A stretch of 64,000 nucleotides of DNA from a virus (taxonomy: Duplodnaviria; Caudoviricetes). Both the position numbers and the translations under genes were made by a program. The notes below the pieces were generated by a model. It saw only the letters and a list, made by a program, of their open reading frames with translations. It had not been told where the DNA came from and did not search any database. The stretch spans positions 1-64,000 of the IMG/VR virus record IMGVR_UViG_3300020046_003652; one strand, written 5' to 3'. Positions 9,111 to 19,758 of this stretch are shown here, one piece after another. Each line of letters opens with the position of its first letter. Position 1 is the stretch's first letter.

Positions 9111-9222
9111 AAATATGATAAGTCCTCTTAATGAAGTCAATACTGGCAGCGTTTTTACGCACAATATAGCGCAGTTTACGACAAAACTTAATGACTTCAC
9201 TAAATAACATAGGAGAAAGTTT

Positions 9223-9525
9223 ATGGAAAAACTAACCCGTTTAATTCCAGTAGGGATTCTTTTGGTTTACCTTTTAAAATGTTTAATTACAGGTCCTCAA
9301 CCTGTAGATGCTGCTATTCTTGGTATATTTGCAGCACTTGCTGGATATGCTGAATATAAATCCGAAGAGAAACATATATTAGCGTTAAAAAGTGAAATAG
9401 CTATAATGAAATCATTACAAACTGACATGATAAAACAACAAGAAGAACTAAGATCTCATGTATCTAGCATGAAAATCGGTATGAATATGCGTTCTGGTTC
9501 ATTAACAGGAAAAACTAACGGTTAA
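9223..9525 (+). CDS. Membrane protein with coiled-coil tail (holin-like candidate)
   Basis: Two N-terminal hydrophobic segments; divergent from the endolysin gene; GGAG RBS. Confidence 0.5.
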   Translation: MEKLTRLIPVGILLVYLLKCLITGPQPVDAAILGIFAALAGYAEYKSEEKHILALKSEIAIMKSLQTDMIKQQEELRSHVSSMKIGMNMRSGSLTGKTNG

Positions 9526-9527
9526 TT

Positions 9528-9959
9528 ATGTCTTCAATCGACGAAATGATGAAAAGTTTTGCTAATATTGCTGAGTTGCAAGCATTTTGTGAGCAACAAC
9601 ATGCAACTATTATGGAACTTACACGTAAAATCGATAAAATGAATGATAAAAATAAACAACTAGAAGATCTTTTACAACAAAAGAGTCCAGTATTGGTTGG
9701 TGAGTATTCTCCAATAGTACAAACTGGTCGTATAGATGAAGCATATGAAGAAAATATATGTAAAATGGAACTAAAGAAGCTACATGACTTATCTTTAGAG
9801 CGTACATTAACATATGAAGAGACTAAAAAAGTAGATATATTTACAAAATTGTTGCTAGCTATAGCACAAAAACCTAAAAGTCAGCTTATTGATACTAAGA
9901 AAAAGAACACAGATGAGCTGTTAAGATTGGTATCAAACAATGACGACGAATCAAATTGA
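9528..9959 (+). CDS. Putative terminase small subunit
   Basis: Assigned by position upstream of TerL and size; helical. Confidence 0.45.
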   Translation: MSSIDEMMKSFANIAELQAFCEQQHATIMELTRKIDKMNDKNKQLEDLLQQKSPVLVGEYSPIVQTGRIDEAYEENICKMELKKLHDLSLERTLTYEETKKVDIFTKLLLAIAQKPKSQLIDTKKKNTDELLRLVSNNDDESN

Positions 9960-10623
9960 TTTAAACGGTATATATTTAATAAAGAACAAAGTAAATAATA
10001 AATTTTACGTAGGTAGTGCGTCTAAAAGCTTTAAATATAGATGGAATGAACATAAAAGAAAGCTAAATAACAATAGACATTACAACCGATACTTACAATC
10101 ATCATGGAATAAATACACTAAGGATAATTTCGAATTTATTATATTAGAAATAGTAGAAAAAATAGAAGATATTATAAAAAGAGAACAATATTATATAGAT
10201 ACACTTATACCTGAATATAATTTATCTCCAACTGCTAACTCGGTTAGAGGATTTAAACATTCAGATGAAGCTAAATTGAAGATGAGTAAAGCTAAATTAG
10301 GAAAAGTAACTTGGAATACAGGAAGAAAGTGGTCAGAAGAATCTAAATTAAGAATAAGTAAACAACGTACAGGTAAAAAACTAAGCGAATCTCATAAAAA
10401 TAACATAAAAGAAGCAATGAAATTCGCAAACTTAGAAAAAACAATAATTGCAACTAAAAAAAGACAAAATAAAAAAATATATTGTGTAGAAATTGATATG
10501 TTATTTGAATCACAGTTACAGGCTGCTTCTTTTTTACAATTAAGTTATGATCATATGTCTTTCTGTATTAACAAAGGTAAAAAAGTAAAAGGATATACAT
10601 TGAAACGAGTTAATAATGAGTAA
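9940..10623 (+). CDS. GIY-YIG homing endonuclease with NUMOD3-like repeats
   Basis: GIYLIKN...FYVGSA, R-W-x-x-H, EQYYID..PEYN; HSDEAKLKMS-type repeats. Confidence 0.92.
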   Translation: MTTNQIDLNGIYLIKNKVNNKFYVGSASKSFKYRWNEHKRKLNNNRHYNRYLQSSWNKYTKDNFEFIILEIVEKIEDIIKREQYYIDTLIPEYNLSPTANSVRGFKHSDEAKLKMSKAKLGKVTWNTGRKWSEESKLRISKQRTGKKLSESHKNNIKEAMKFANLEKTIIATKKRQNKKIYCVEIDMLFESQLQAASFLQLSYDHMSFCINKGKKVKGYTLKRVNNE

Positions 10624-12076
10624 TTCTCCTAAAATTAGCAAAGAACAAGCAATAAGAGAATTATGGTTAAGACATAATATTTCTTGGAAATTAAAACCTC
10701 ACCAAAAAGCGTTATATGATTTGTTTTATAATACTCAACATAAAACCCAGACTTGGTTATTAGCACGAAGATCTGGAAAAACATATACTTTAGCTATGTT
10801 GGCAATTGAAGCATGTTTAAGACAAAATAATACTATTGTTAAATTTTTATCTCCAACTAAAATTCAAATTTCTAGTAACTTACGCCCGATTATTCGAGAT
10901 ATTTTAAAAGATTGTCCAGAAGAAATTAAACCGGTATTTAAAGCTAAGGATTATATATACTACTTTCCTAATGGTTCAGAAATTCAGCTAGCTGGATCAG
11001 AATCAGGTCATTATGAGAAACTACGCGGGGGATATTCACACATAGCAATCATAGATGAAGCTCAAGACGTATCAAATCTTAGTGATGTTGTAAAATCCGT
11101 TCTATTACCAACAACACTAACTACAAACGGAAAAGTATTGCTTGCTGGAACACCTCCGAAGAACTCTGATCATGAATTTATCAGTTTTGTTGAAACCGCA
11201 GAACTTAGAGGATCATTAATTCGTAAAACTATATATGATAATACTATGATTACTCCTGAAAATTTAGAAGAAATCAAACAAGAGGTTGGTGGAGAAGAAA
11301 GTGAAGAATTTAGAAGAGAATTTATGTGTGAAATTATTAAAGACTCTAATTATTCTGTTATTCCTGAATTTACTACACAATTAGAACACGAAATAGTAAA
11401 AGACTGGCCTAAACCTCCATTTTACGAATCATACGAGTCAATGGACTTAGGATTTAAAGATTTAACTGTTGTTTTATTTGCTTATTATGATTTTAGAGCA
11501 GATAAAGTGATAATTGAAGATGAAATTGCAGTAAATGGAACTAATTTACAATTACCTACTCTAATTGCTGACATTAAAAAGAAAGAAGAACAGCTTTGGC
11601 TTAATCCTTTAACTAATGAGATAACAGTTCCAACAGTTAGAGTATCAGATATCAATTATATTGTAACACAAGAGATAGCTAGAGCTTCACAAGGTACTTT
11701 AAATTTTTCTCCAGCTAAAAAAGATGATAAAGAAGCAGCTATTAACAAACTTAGAGTATTATTACAAGCTAAAAAAATTATTATAAATCCTAGATGTGTC
11801 AATCTTATCAGACACTTAAAGAATGTTCGATGGGATAAGGGTAAAAGTAAGTCAGGTTTTGCTAGAAGTCCAGATGATGGACATTATGATGCTGTAGATG
11901 CAGCTATCTACTTGATAAGACACGTTAATTTTGGAAAAAACCCCTATCCTTTCGGATTTGATAGTGGATTGCGACGTGAAGATATATTCGTTTCTAACCC
12001 TGATAGTTTTGGAAAATCAACAACTAATAATGTCGATATATATAAAAAGATATTCGGAATAAAAGGACGTAAATAA
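10616..12076 (+). CDS. terL: Terminase large subunit
   Basis: ARRSGKT Walker A, IAIIDEA Walker B, SMDLGF and HYDAVDA nuclease motifs. Confidence 0.93.
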   Translation: MSNSPKISKEQAIRELWLRHNISWKLKPHQKALYDLFYNTQHKTQTWLLARRSGKTYTLAMLAIEACLRQNNTIVKFLSPTKIQISSNLRPIIRDILKDCPEEIKPVFKAKDYIYYFPNGSEIQLAGSESGHYEKLRGGYSHIAIIDEAQDVSNLSDVVKSVLLPTTLTTNGKVLLAGTPPKNSDHEFISFVETAELRGSLIRKTIYDNTMITPENLEEIKQEVGGEESEEFRREFMCEIIKDSNYSVIPEFTTQLEHEIVKDWPKPPFYESYESMDLGFKDLTVVLFAYYDFRADKVIIEDEIAVNGTNLQLPTLIADIKKKEEQLWLNPLTNEITVPTVRVSDINYIVTQEIARASQGTLNFSPAKKDDKEAAINKLRVLLQAKKIIINPRCVNLIRHLKNVRWDKGKSKSGFARSPDDGHYDAVDAAIYLIRHVNFGKNPYPFGFDSGLRREDIFVSNPDSFGKSTTNNVDIYKKIFGIKGRK

Positions 12077-14130
12077 TGGTTGACCTTAAAGACAGAGAAG
12101 TGTATTTTGCTAAAAAAGATCCAAAAGATGCAGCATATATTCTTTTACAAAAATCAAGAACTTTTTTTAACGTCATAGAATCTAATAACTATTTAGAAAA
12201 ACTAAGAAAAATGTGGAAAGCTTACTACGGAGCATACCATAATGACTTAGGATTTGGTCATCAGATCGAATATACAGGCGAACAAGGTGAATTTTGTGCT
12301 CTACCTGTCAATCATTTCGCTAACTTAGCTAGACATATCTATGTAATGATCACAACTAATCGTCCAGTAATGGAAGCTAGAGCTGTTAATACTGATTATA
12401 AGTCACTTTCTCAGACATACCTGGCAAACAGTATCCTTGACTATTACATGCGTGAGAAAAGGCTTGAGGATGCGTTAAAACAAGCAGCAGAAATGGCTGT
12501 TGTTCTTGGTTCCGGCTTTATTAAACTTGAATGGAATGCAACTGCAGGAGAAGCATACGATGTAGATCCTGATACAGGCGAATTTAACTACGAAGGTGAG
12601 TTAGAATTTACTAATTTATCACCAATGGACGTTGTTACTGATGGAACTAAAGAATCTTGGAACAATGAGTGGGTTTTAACTCGTTCTAGAGAAAATAGAT
12701 TTAACTTAATGGCTAAGTATCCTGAATTTGTAGATAAAATTAAGAGCTTACCTTCTATTAATCAAACTAATAACTATAGACTTCAATTATTCTCAAATGA
12801 TGACACTGATGATGTCTTTATATATGAGTTTTTCCATAAAAGAACAGAGGCAATGCCTGATGGTCGTTATCTTTTATTCTTAGATAGCGAAATAGTATTA
12901 CTAGATACTAAAATGCCTTATAGAGATTTACCAGTATATCGTATATCTGCTCAAGATATCATGGGTACTCCTTACGGTTACTCTCCACTGTTCGATATCT
13001 TCCCATTACAAGAAGGTATCAATGCTTTATACTCTACTATTCTAACAAATCAAAATGCTTTTGGTGTTCAAAACGTATTTGTTCCTAGAAATGCTAATAT
13101 AGCAGTGAATAATTTGGAAGGTGGACTAAATATCATCGAAGGTGATGCTAAACCCGAACCTTTAAACTTAACTCAAACTCCTGCTGAGACTTTTCAATTC
13201 TTAGAAATGCTAGAAAAAGCAGCAGAAACTATCTCTGGAGTAAATAGTGTTGCCAGAGGTAATCCTGAATCTAGTCTTAAGTCTGGAACAGCACTAGCTC
13301 TAGTACAATCTATGTCTCTACAGTTTGTTTCTGGATTACAACAGTCATATGTTAAGTTAATTGAAGACGTTGGTACATCTTTAATCAATATTTTAAAAGA
13401 TTTCAGTACTGCTCCTAAAGTTATTGCTATGGTTGGTAAGAATAACCGTCCATACCTTAAAGAATTCACAGGAGAAAGTATCTCAGCTATCAATAGAGTG
13501 GTAGTTGATGTAGGAAATCCTTTATCTAGAACAATAGCTGGTCGTGTTCAAATGGCAGAACAGTTACTGCAGATGAAATTACTTAAATCTCCAGAACAAT
13601 ATATGCAAATTCTTAATACTGGTAAATTAGATTCAGCAATGGAAGGCGAAATGTCTGAATTGTTACTAATTAAATCAGAAAATGAGAAAATGTTAGATGG
13701 TATTAATCCAATTGTATCTCCGCTAGATCAACATAGACTACATATTACTGAACATAAATCGGTTTTAGCTGATCCTGAATTAAGAAACGATCAAGCTATG
13801 GTTAAAAACGTATTAGATCATATTGAACAACATTTAAATATGTTAAGAAATACTGATCCTGATCTTTTAAATCTTATTGGTGAACAACCTCTAGCTCCTA
13901 TGGGTGGAAATCCTGCAACAGGTAATGGTGGAGCACCAGTTCCTCCAGATAGACCACTAGAGAATAGTCCAATGAATGATATGATGCAGAATCCTCAACA
14001 AGGTAACCCAATGCCAGGAGATCAGATACAAACAAATCAACAAGGATATCAGACACTTCCTCAAATTCCTTCGCCTCCACCTCCTTTTGAGAATTTGCCA
14101 GTATCACCAGATCAAATGTTACCAAGGTAA
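12076..14130 (+). CDS. Portal protein
   Basis: 684 aa directly after TerL; ISGVNSVARG...SGTA segment; Pro/Gln-rich tail. Confidence 0.85.
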   Translation: MVDLKDREVYFAKKDPKDAAYILLQKSRTFFNVIESNNYLEKLRKMWKAYYGAYHNDLGFGHQIEYTGEQGEFCALPVNHFANLARHIYVMITTNRPVMEARAVNTDYKSLSQTYLANSILDYYMREKRLEDALKQAAEMAVVLGSGFIKLEWNATAGEAYDVDPDTGEFNYEGELEFTNLSPMDVVTDGTKESWNNEWVLTRSRENRFNLMAKYPEFVDKIKSLPSINQTNNYRLQLFSNDDTDDVFIYEFFHKRTEAMPDGRYLLFLDSEIVLLDTKMPYRDLPVYRISAQDIMGTPYGYSPLFDIFPLQEGINALYSTILTNQNAFGVQNVFVPRNANIAVNNLEGGLNIIEGDAKPEPLNLTQTPAETFQFLEMLEKAAETISGVNSVARGNPESSLKSGTALALVQSMSLQFVSGLQQSYVKLIEDVGTSLINILKDFSTAPKVIAMVGKNNRPYLKEFTGESISAINRVVVDVGNPLSRTIAGRVQMAEQLLQMKLLKSPEQYMQILNTGKLDSAMEGEMSELLLIKSENEKMLDGINPIVSPLDQHRLHITEHKSVLADPELRNDQAMVKNVLDHIEQHLNMLRNTDPDLLNLIGEQPLAPMGGNPATGNGGAPVPPDRPLENSPMNDMMQNPQQGNPMPGDQIQTNQQGYQTLPQIPSPPPPFENLPVSPDQMLPR

Positions 14131-14170
14131 TATAAATAACAACTTACTATAGATAAAAAAGGTAGGAAAT

Positions 14171-14506
14171 ATGTCAAATGCACTTCCAATATTTGTATTA
14201 AATCGTCCATTGTTCACTAATCAATCTTTAACTAGTACTGTGTCTTCAGATATCGTAGATCTAGCTGAAACATTAGGATATGCTATTCATGCTATTTGGA
14301 CTGGTAGTCCAGATGGAACTATATCAGTTCAAGGTGGAAATGATGGCATAAATTTTGTTGAAGTAGATTCAATTGTAACTGGAGCAACATCAGGGCAACA
14401 TCTCCTTAATGTAGAAAAACATCATTATCGTTATGTTAAAATAGTTTATACTGCAACTAGTGGAACTGGTTCATTAACTTTGTATATTTCCGGTAAAAGA
14501 GGTTAA
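14171..14506 (+). CDS. Virion structural protein (small beta-rich)
   Basis: Late-region context; beta-strand pattern. Confidence 0.55.
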   Translation: MSNALPIFVLNRPLFTNQSLTSTVSSDIVDLAETLGYAIHAIWTGSPDGTISVQGGNDGINFVEVDSIVTGATSGQHLLNVEKHHYRYVKIVYTATSGTGSLTLYISGKRG

Positions 14507-14508
14507 TC

Positions 14509-16698
14509 ATGGCTTCAACTTTCAGAAACATAAGAGGCGATGGAGTTTTAATAGTCCCTACCGTAGCTTCTCTTCCGGTTAGTGCAGCAACAGGATTAAT
14601 GGCAGTTGACGCTAGTACTACAGATATATATGTATTCGATGGTGTAGTATGGCAATTAAAGTCTGCTAGTGGAAGTGCCGGAGTTACGTCGTTTAATACC
14701 AGAACAGGGATAGTTGTCTCTGTTTCTGGAGATTATAATGCATCCCAGATAACAAACACTCCAGCTGGAGGAATATCAGCCACAGATTTACAAGCAGCAA
14801 TAAACGAATTAGATACAGATAAAATAGGCAATGGAATAGCTTCTAATAACCAATTAATATATCAAAATGGTTCCGGAGTCATAGAAGGTTTACCAGGTTT
14901 TTCGAAAGACACAACATCTGGTGGTTTACAAATGCAACTAACCGAGCAACCTAATGCTAATGTTGCTAGTTATACTGTTAGTAGCAATAATATAACTTTA
15001 GAGCCACTACAGAACTCTCCAGATGAATCTTGGAATGTTATAATTAATCAAGTTACTATAGACCCTACTAGTACTGGTTTTACATTAGGCACAAATGGTA
15101 CTGCTGCGAGAACATTATTAAACAAGATATTCCACAATGGAACTTCTGATACTGGTGCAATAGAATTAATACAAAATAATTTTAGCTTAGGTAATGGTAC
15201 TGACCCTATTGATATAAAAGGTGTTTCTTATCTAATGGGCTTTGGCCAATTTAACGCTAATGTTAACATATCAGGTCCAATACAAGGTTATGGTTTTCAG
15301 ACTAATATAAATGCAGCAGCTACTATGTCTTCTACGACATATACACAAGCTTTTTATGATGCAGCAAATTTTGCTACAGCAGTACCTAATTATTCATCCT
15401 TTAATGCTAGTCCTACAATATCTTCCATCGTAAATAATAATTATTATAATGGTTTAAATATCAATCCAACTATAACTAACTTTACTGGTAATGCTGGTGC
15501 AAATGCTGTAGCTATTGGTGGTAATTGGGGTTCTTTTGGTACTGGTGGCTGGAATGGTATTAATATAAATCCAAATATTACATTAGCTAAATATGCGGCT
15601 GGTATAAATGTATCAATGGACAACGTTATTGCCTATGCAGGTGTTCAATCTACTTTGACAGAACAAGATTTGACATTTACATGGAATTTAGTAGGAGACA
15701 ACAATGCCTACACAATGGAATATACTCCAGGAGCTACAGCCGGAGCCGAAGTAGTTTCTATTTTAGGTAATGCTATTGAAGTGCAAATTGAAAATGGAGT
15801 TTCAACAGCTAACCAAATTAAGACAGCATTAGAAGCTAATATGGGCTTCAACTCTAATGTTACTGTTACTGTAAGCGGAGTTGGAACTGACCCTCAAGTT
15901 ACTTTCGGCCCTACCAATTTTATAAATGGAGAAAATGCAGGAAATGTTAAAGCTGCTCAATTTAATGGAGATGTTGAAATTACTGGAGCTTTAAGTTTTA
16001 GTGGAGCACTATCAATAGGAAAACTTACAGCATTTGCGTCTCAGGCATTAACTGACGGCGGTGGAACTCCATCTTCTATTCACAGTTTAATTACTAATCC
16101 GACAGTTGCGGCCAATGCTACCTTGACTAGTGCTGATTCTATTTCGGTAAATACAGCAGCACTTATAAATATTGGTGATAATGCAGTAGTAGGTACTTCT
16201 TTTATTGGAGTAGCGGCTTTGGGTTTACCTGCAGTATTAACCATGGGCACTGGTTCGACTGTTGACAGAATATATGGAGCACTATTTGCTCTAAGCCTAG
16301 ATGCCGGAGCCACAGGTGGTACTGCAGACGAAGTTGGATTATGTAAAGCCGTAGCAATTCCAAATGGAGTTACTACTGTTAATAATTTATATGGTTATTT
16401 ATTCGATCTACCTTTTGGTGATCCAGGCACAAAGACTTTTGGATTTTACGATAGACCAGGAAAGAATAATTACTTAGCAGGTCAATTGTTAATTGGTGGT
16501 ACTGCAGGTAGTGATGATTTAGTTACAAACTCAAGTGTTGCACTTGAAATTAAATCAACAACTAAAGCTTTTATAAATGCTAGAATGACAACGACAGAAA
16601 GAAACGCTTTGACTGCAGTAAACGGAATGCAAATTTACAACACGACAGACGATAAGCTTCAGGTTTATGCTGGTGGTTCGTGGGTTGACTTACATTAA
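14509..16698 (+). CDS. Tail fibre/spike-like protein
   Basis: G/T/N/A-rich; C-terminal RMTTTERNAL...GMQIYNTTDDKLQVY..GSW fibre-type motif. Confidence 0.7.
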   Translation: MASTFRNIRGDGVLIVPTVASLPVSAATGLMAVDASTTDIYVFDGVVWQLKSASGSAGVTSFNTRTGIVVSVSGDYNASQITNTPAGGISATDLQAAINELDTDKIGNGIASNNQLIYQNGSGVIEGLPGFSKDTTSGGLQMQLTEQPNANVASYTVSSNNITLEPLQNSPDESWNVIINQVTIDPTSTGFTLGTNGTAARTLLNKIFHNGTSDTGAIELIQNNFSLGNGTDPIDIKGVSYLMGFGQFNANVNISGPIQGYGFQTNINAAATMSSTTYTQAFYDAANFATAVPNYSSFNASPTISSIVNNNYYNGLNINPTITNFTGNAGANAVAIGGNWGSFGTGGWNGININPNITLAKYAAGINVSMDNVIAYAGVQSTLTEQDLTFTWNLVGDNNAYTMEYTPGATAGAEVVSILGNAIEVQIENGVSTANQIKTALEANMGFNSNVTVTVSGVGTDPQVTFGPTNFINGENAGNVKAAQFNGDVEITGALSFSGALSIGKLTAFASQALTDGGGTPSSIHSLITNPTVAANATLTSADSISVNTAALINIGDNAVVGTSFIGVAALGLPAVLTMGTGSTVDRIYGALFALSLDAGATGGTADEVGLCKAVAIPNGVTTVNNLYGYLFDLPFGDPGTKTFGFYDRPGKNNYLAGQLLIGGTAGSDDLVTNSSVALEIKSTTKAFINARMTTTERNALTAVNGMQIYNTTDDKLQVYAGGSWVDLH

Positions 16699-16711
16699 AA
16701 GGATATATAAA

Positions 16712-16843
16712 ATGACTATTGAACAAGCAAAATTATTACTAAAAAAAGCATCTTCAGGCGCGATATTAACTGATTCTGAAAAAAAAGATATATTAAAAGC
16801 AATACATATAGTGTCAAACTCACCGTTGAAGCCTAAAGAGTAA
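16712..16843 (+). CDS. Small hypothetical protein (43 aa)
   Basis: Hand translation MTIEQAKLLLKKASSG...PKE; AAGGA RBS. Confidence 0.55.
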   Translation: MTIEQAKLLLKKASSGAILTDSEKKDILKAIHIVSNSPLKPKE

Positions 16844-16932
16844 TTAGAAATTTATAAACTATTAAAATATTGAAATATATGCAATATTAACAACTGTATT
16901 TGTGAGTAAATTTAACTCGTTAGGGGAATATT

Positions 16933-17352
16933 GTGGACGAAAACGAATTTAGACGTAAAAGAAAATTAACACCTCAAGAACAAATCAATAGTATGATGGG
17001 TACAGCTACAGCAGATAGTATGACCGATTTACTAGGATCTAACACTCCTGGACGAGAATTAGGCGGATCTTCTGATTCTACTGCGTATTCTGATGACAGA
17101 GAACGAAGAATTAAAGCACTAGAGAGAATGGGAGTTAATCCTAATTCTACAGAACAATATAATAAAGATATACAGAATAAAAAAATAGATCAAGAAGATT
17201 TATCTGCAGAGATAGATCCAGAAATTGAACAATATATGCAACGTGAAAGAAGTGCTTATACTCCACCTGCACGTCCTGAATTACCAAAAGAGACTCCAGA
17301 ACAAAGACAATCAAGAATAATGCAATTACTTAAATCGAGAGGTTTAAAATAA
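16933..17352 (+). CDS. Hypothetical late protein
   Basis: ORF track; GGGGA RBS; downstream of TAACAACT. Confidence 0.7.
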   Translation: MDENEFRRKRKLTPQEQINSMMGTATADSMTDLLGSNTPGRELGGSSDSTAYSDDRERRIKALERMGVNPNSTEQYNKDIQNKKIDQEDLSAEIDPEIEQYMQRERSAYTPPARPELPKETPEQRQSRIMQLLKSRGLK

Positions 17353-17474
17353 TGGGAGATTCTGCACCAAAGACTACAAATATGTTTAAAGGTTTAAAAT
17401 CTATCTTAAAAGAGACATATGCTAAATGTCCTAAATGTAAAAAGTCTAAAAAGGATTGTTCTTGTGGCAAGTAA
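17352..17474 (+). CDS. 40-aa Cys-rich peptide
   Basis: MGDSAPKTTNMFKGLKSILKETYAKCPKCKKSKKDCSCGK; TAATG overlap with the upstream gene. Confidence 0.65.
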   Translation: MGDSAPKTTNMFKGLKSILKETYAKCPKCKKSKKDCSCGK

Positions 17475-17952
17475 AGAAGACATCGAAAGATTTCTGCATT
17501 ACATTAGTCAGTTAGAAACTTCCGGTGGAAAGAATTTAAATCACGAAACAGTTAAAGAAGGTCCACTTAAAGGTGAAACTGCTGAAGGTAAACATGGACA
17601 TATGCCTTCTACTCAACGTGATATGATCAATAGATATCCTGCAAATCTTGATGAAAATAGTACACCAGAAGAAATAGATAGACAATTAGCAGAACATGTT
17701 TTAAATAGAGCAAAAGGTGATGAAACTTTAGCTTCTGGATTATGGCGTCATGGTCATAACCGTAGAATGGTTCATCAAGCTCCGTTAAAAGATCCTAGAG
17801 ATATTAGAAATAGTCTATATGCTCAAGAATATGATAAAGTAAGAAGTGAAATTCCTTATACGTTAGATCCTAATCCGTATCAAGAGAAATACGCTGAAGA
17901 ACAAGAAGAAAAAAAGAAATTTCCTCAATTAGATAAACTGTTTAAAAAGTAA
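17464..17952 (+). CDS. Lytic transglycosylase/lysozyme-like protein
   Basis: ISQLETSGG.N...AEG..G.MPST resembles the SLT motif; GTG start with AAGGA RBS. Confidence 0.55.
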   Translation: MASKEDIERFLHYISQLETSGGKNLNHETVKEGPLKGETAEGKHGHMPSTQRDMINRYPANLDENSTPEEIDRQLAEHVLNRAKGDETLASGLWRHGHNRRMVHQAPLKDPRDIRNSLYAQEYDKVRSEIPYTLDPNPYQEKYAEEQEEKKKFPQLDKLFKK

Positions 17953-18612
17953 TTATAATTTCTTGTATTTCTTGCAAAAAGATTTAATCGAATCTATAGC
18001 ATCCCATGTATCATCTTCATGATCTATATCTATCCAAAAATATTTATAAATAGAGTTACCATAATAGAATTTATTATAATACATTAATACATGATAATTA
18101 TATTCTCTTCCATATGTATATTCAGGTATAGCTGAGTATATTTTCATAAAGGCTTAATCCCCATAATCATTCTGATATGTGTAGGGTTAGGATAAGTCGC
18201 TACAATATCATTAAATTTACAGTATCTACCGATACGAAACTCATTAAAAAATAATAAAGGACAAATGTTACTACCTTGAATATGGATACTACGTATAATC
18301 ATAATGATTCGGTATCCTTTGCTTTTTTATACATATCATTATCATAAAACATTTCATCTATATGTTTAAAGTATCCTAATTTACCTATTCGATACCCTCC
18401 TATAAATAGTAACGAAAAACTAATAGGTGAATCGTTATATATAATAGACTTTATTATCATAAAACTATAGCCTTTTCTGGAATAGTACAATGTTTTTCAA
18501 TAGAATAAAATTTAGATCTAACATCGAACATATAATAATCGAATTTATATATGTCATATACCAATATGTCATATACCAAGAGGGTATTTATTAAATATAA
18601 TCGATTATACAT
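17953..18612 (-). other. Antisense micro-ORF chain: 18457-18612, 18299-18460, 18144-18302, 17953-18147
   Basis: Hand translation, TTATGA junctions; MIIKSII..RIG and MIIRSIH..RIG are paralogues. Confidence 0.85.
18550..18579. repeat. 15-bp tandem duplication TATGTCATATACCAA x2
   Basis: In frame, gives LVYDI-LVYDI in micro-ORF 18457-18612. Confidence 0.95.
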
Positions 18613-18696
18613 AGTTAACAACTTTCTTTGTGCCATTCAAACGCACTAAAAAAGCTCATCTCAATTAAGAGACAGCTAAAATAATAAGGAGAACAT

Positions 18697-19695
18697 ATGT
18701 CAGACGCAAGTCAAGCTGCTTCCCCAGCAGCAGAACAATTATCCGCTATGAATGAGTCTAACTCAGAATCTAGCGAAAGTCAAGTAGAATCATCGGAAGG
18801 TTCAAACGATTCACTACAGGATGTAGAAAGTCAAGTAGAACAAGTACTTACAGATCCGAATGCTACTAAAGCAGAAAAAGTACAAGCACAAAAGATGCTT
18901 AAAAGCTTAAAAATCAAATTCAATGGTAAAGAGTATGACGAAGAATTACCATTCGAAATCCCTGATACTCCAGAAGCTATGAAATATATGCAAAATAAGC
19001 TTCAAATGGATAAATTAGCTAGAGTTAAATCTCAAGAATCAGCTAATCAACAAAAAATGATTACAGAATTTATGGATGCTCTTAAGAAGAATCCACGCAA
19101 AGTATTATCAGATCCATCTATCGGAGTTGATTTAAAGAGAATCGCTGCTGAACTAATTGAAGAAGAAATCGAAAATAGCAAGAAATCTCCAGAACAAATC
19201 GAAAGAGAAAAACTAGAGAACGAATTAAAGGCAATGAAAGAAGAAAGAGAAAAAGAAAAAGACGAATTCAATAAACGTGAATTAGATCGTTTACAACAAC
19301 AAGAGTTTGAACGATATGACATGTTAATGTCTAAAGCTATTGAAAAGTCTGATCTTCCTAAATCTCCGTATATCATTAAAAAGATGGCTGATTATATGTT
19401 AATGGGACTTCAAAAAGGAATTGATGTTACTCCAGATGACGTATTACCGTTAATCCGAGAAGAAATGCAAAATGATTTAAAAGAGATGTTTGCTGTTATG
19501 CCTGAAGATATTATCGAATCTATCGTAGGTAAAGAGAATATCAACAGAATACGTAAGAAAAACTTACAAAGAGCAAAACAATCAGCTTCAGTACAACAGG
19601 TTTCTCAAGCTAAAACTAAAGACGTTGGAGCAGTTTCACAAAAACAAACTCCAGTTGGTAAAAAAGTTAAAGCTAGAGATTTCTTTGGTTTCTAA
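18697..19695 (+). CDS. Capsid scaffolding protein (putative)
   Basis: Acidic low-complexity N-terminus and coiled coil; upstream of the major capsid gene. Confidence 0.7.
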   Translation: MSDASQAASPAAEQLSAMNESNSESSESQVESSEGSNDSLQDVESQVEQVLTDPNATKAEKVQAQKMLKSLKIKFNGKEYDEELPFEIPDTPEAMKYMQNKLQMDKLARVKSQESANQQKMITEFMDALKKNPRKVLSDPSIGVDLKRIAAELIEEEIENSKKSPEQIEREKLENELKAMKEEREKEKDEFNKRELDRLQQQEFERYDMLMSKAIEKSDLPKSPYIIKKMADYMLMGLQKGIDVTPDDVLPLIREEMQNDLKEMFAVMPEDIIESIVGKENINRIRKKNLQRAKQSASVQQVSQAKTKDVGAVSQKQTPVGKKVKARDFFGF

Positions 19696-19728
19696 GTAAA
19701 ATCAACTAGTTACGGATTTACACTTGGC

Positions 19729-19758
19729 ATTATAACATATGAGTATGGATAATGTCAA
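19729..19758 (-). promoter_or_regulatory. Consensus sigma70 promoter antisense to the scaffold gene
   Basis: Minus strand TTGACA-18bp-TATAAT with extended -10 TG. Confidence 0.75.

Noticed and set aside
9132-9203. tRNA-like cloverleaf
   Set aside because: No T-loop TTCGA, D-loop GG or CCA end, and the arm geometry is wrong.
9940-10623. Group I intron-encoded endonuclease in the terminase locus
   Set aside because: The ORF overlaps both neighbours, TerL is complete, and there is no room for intron core elements.
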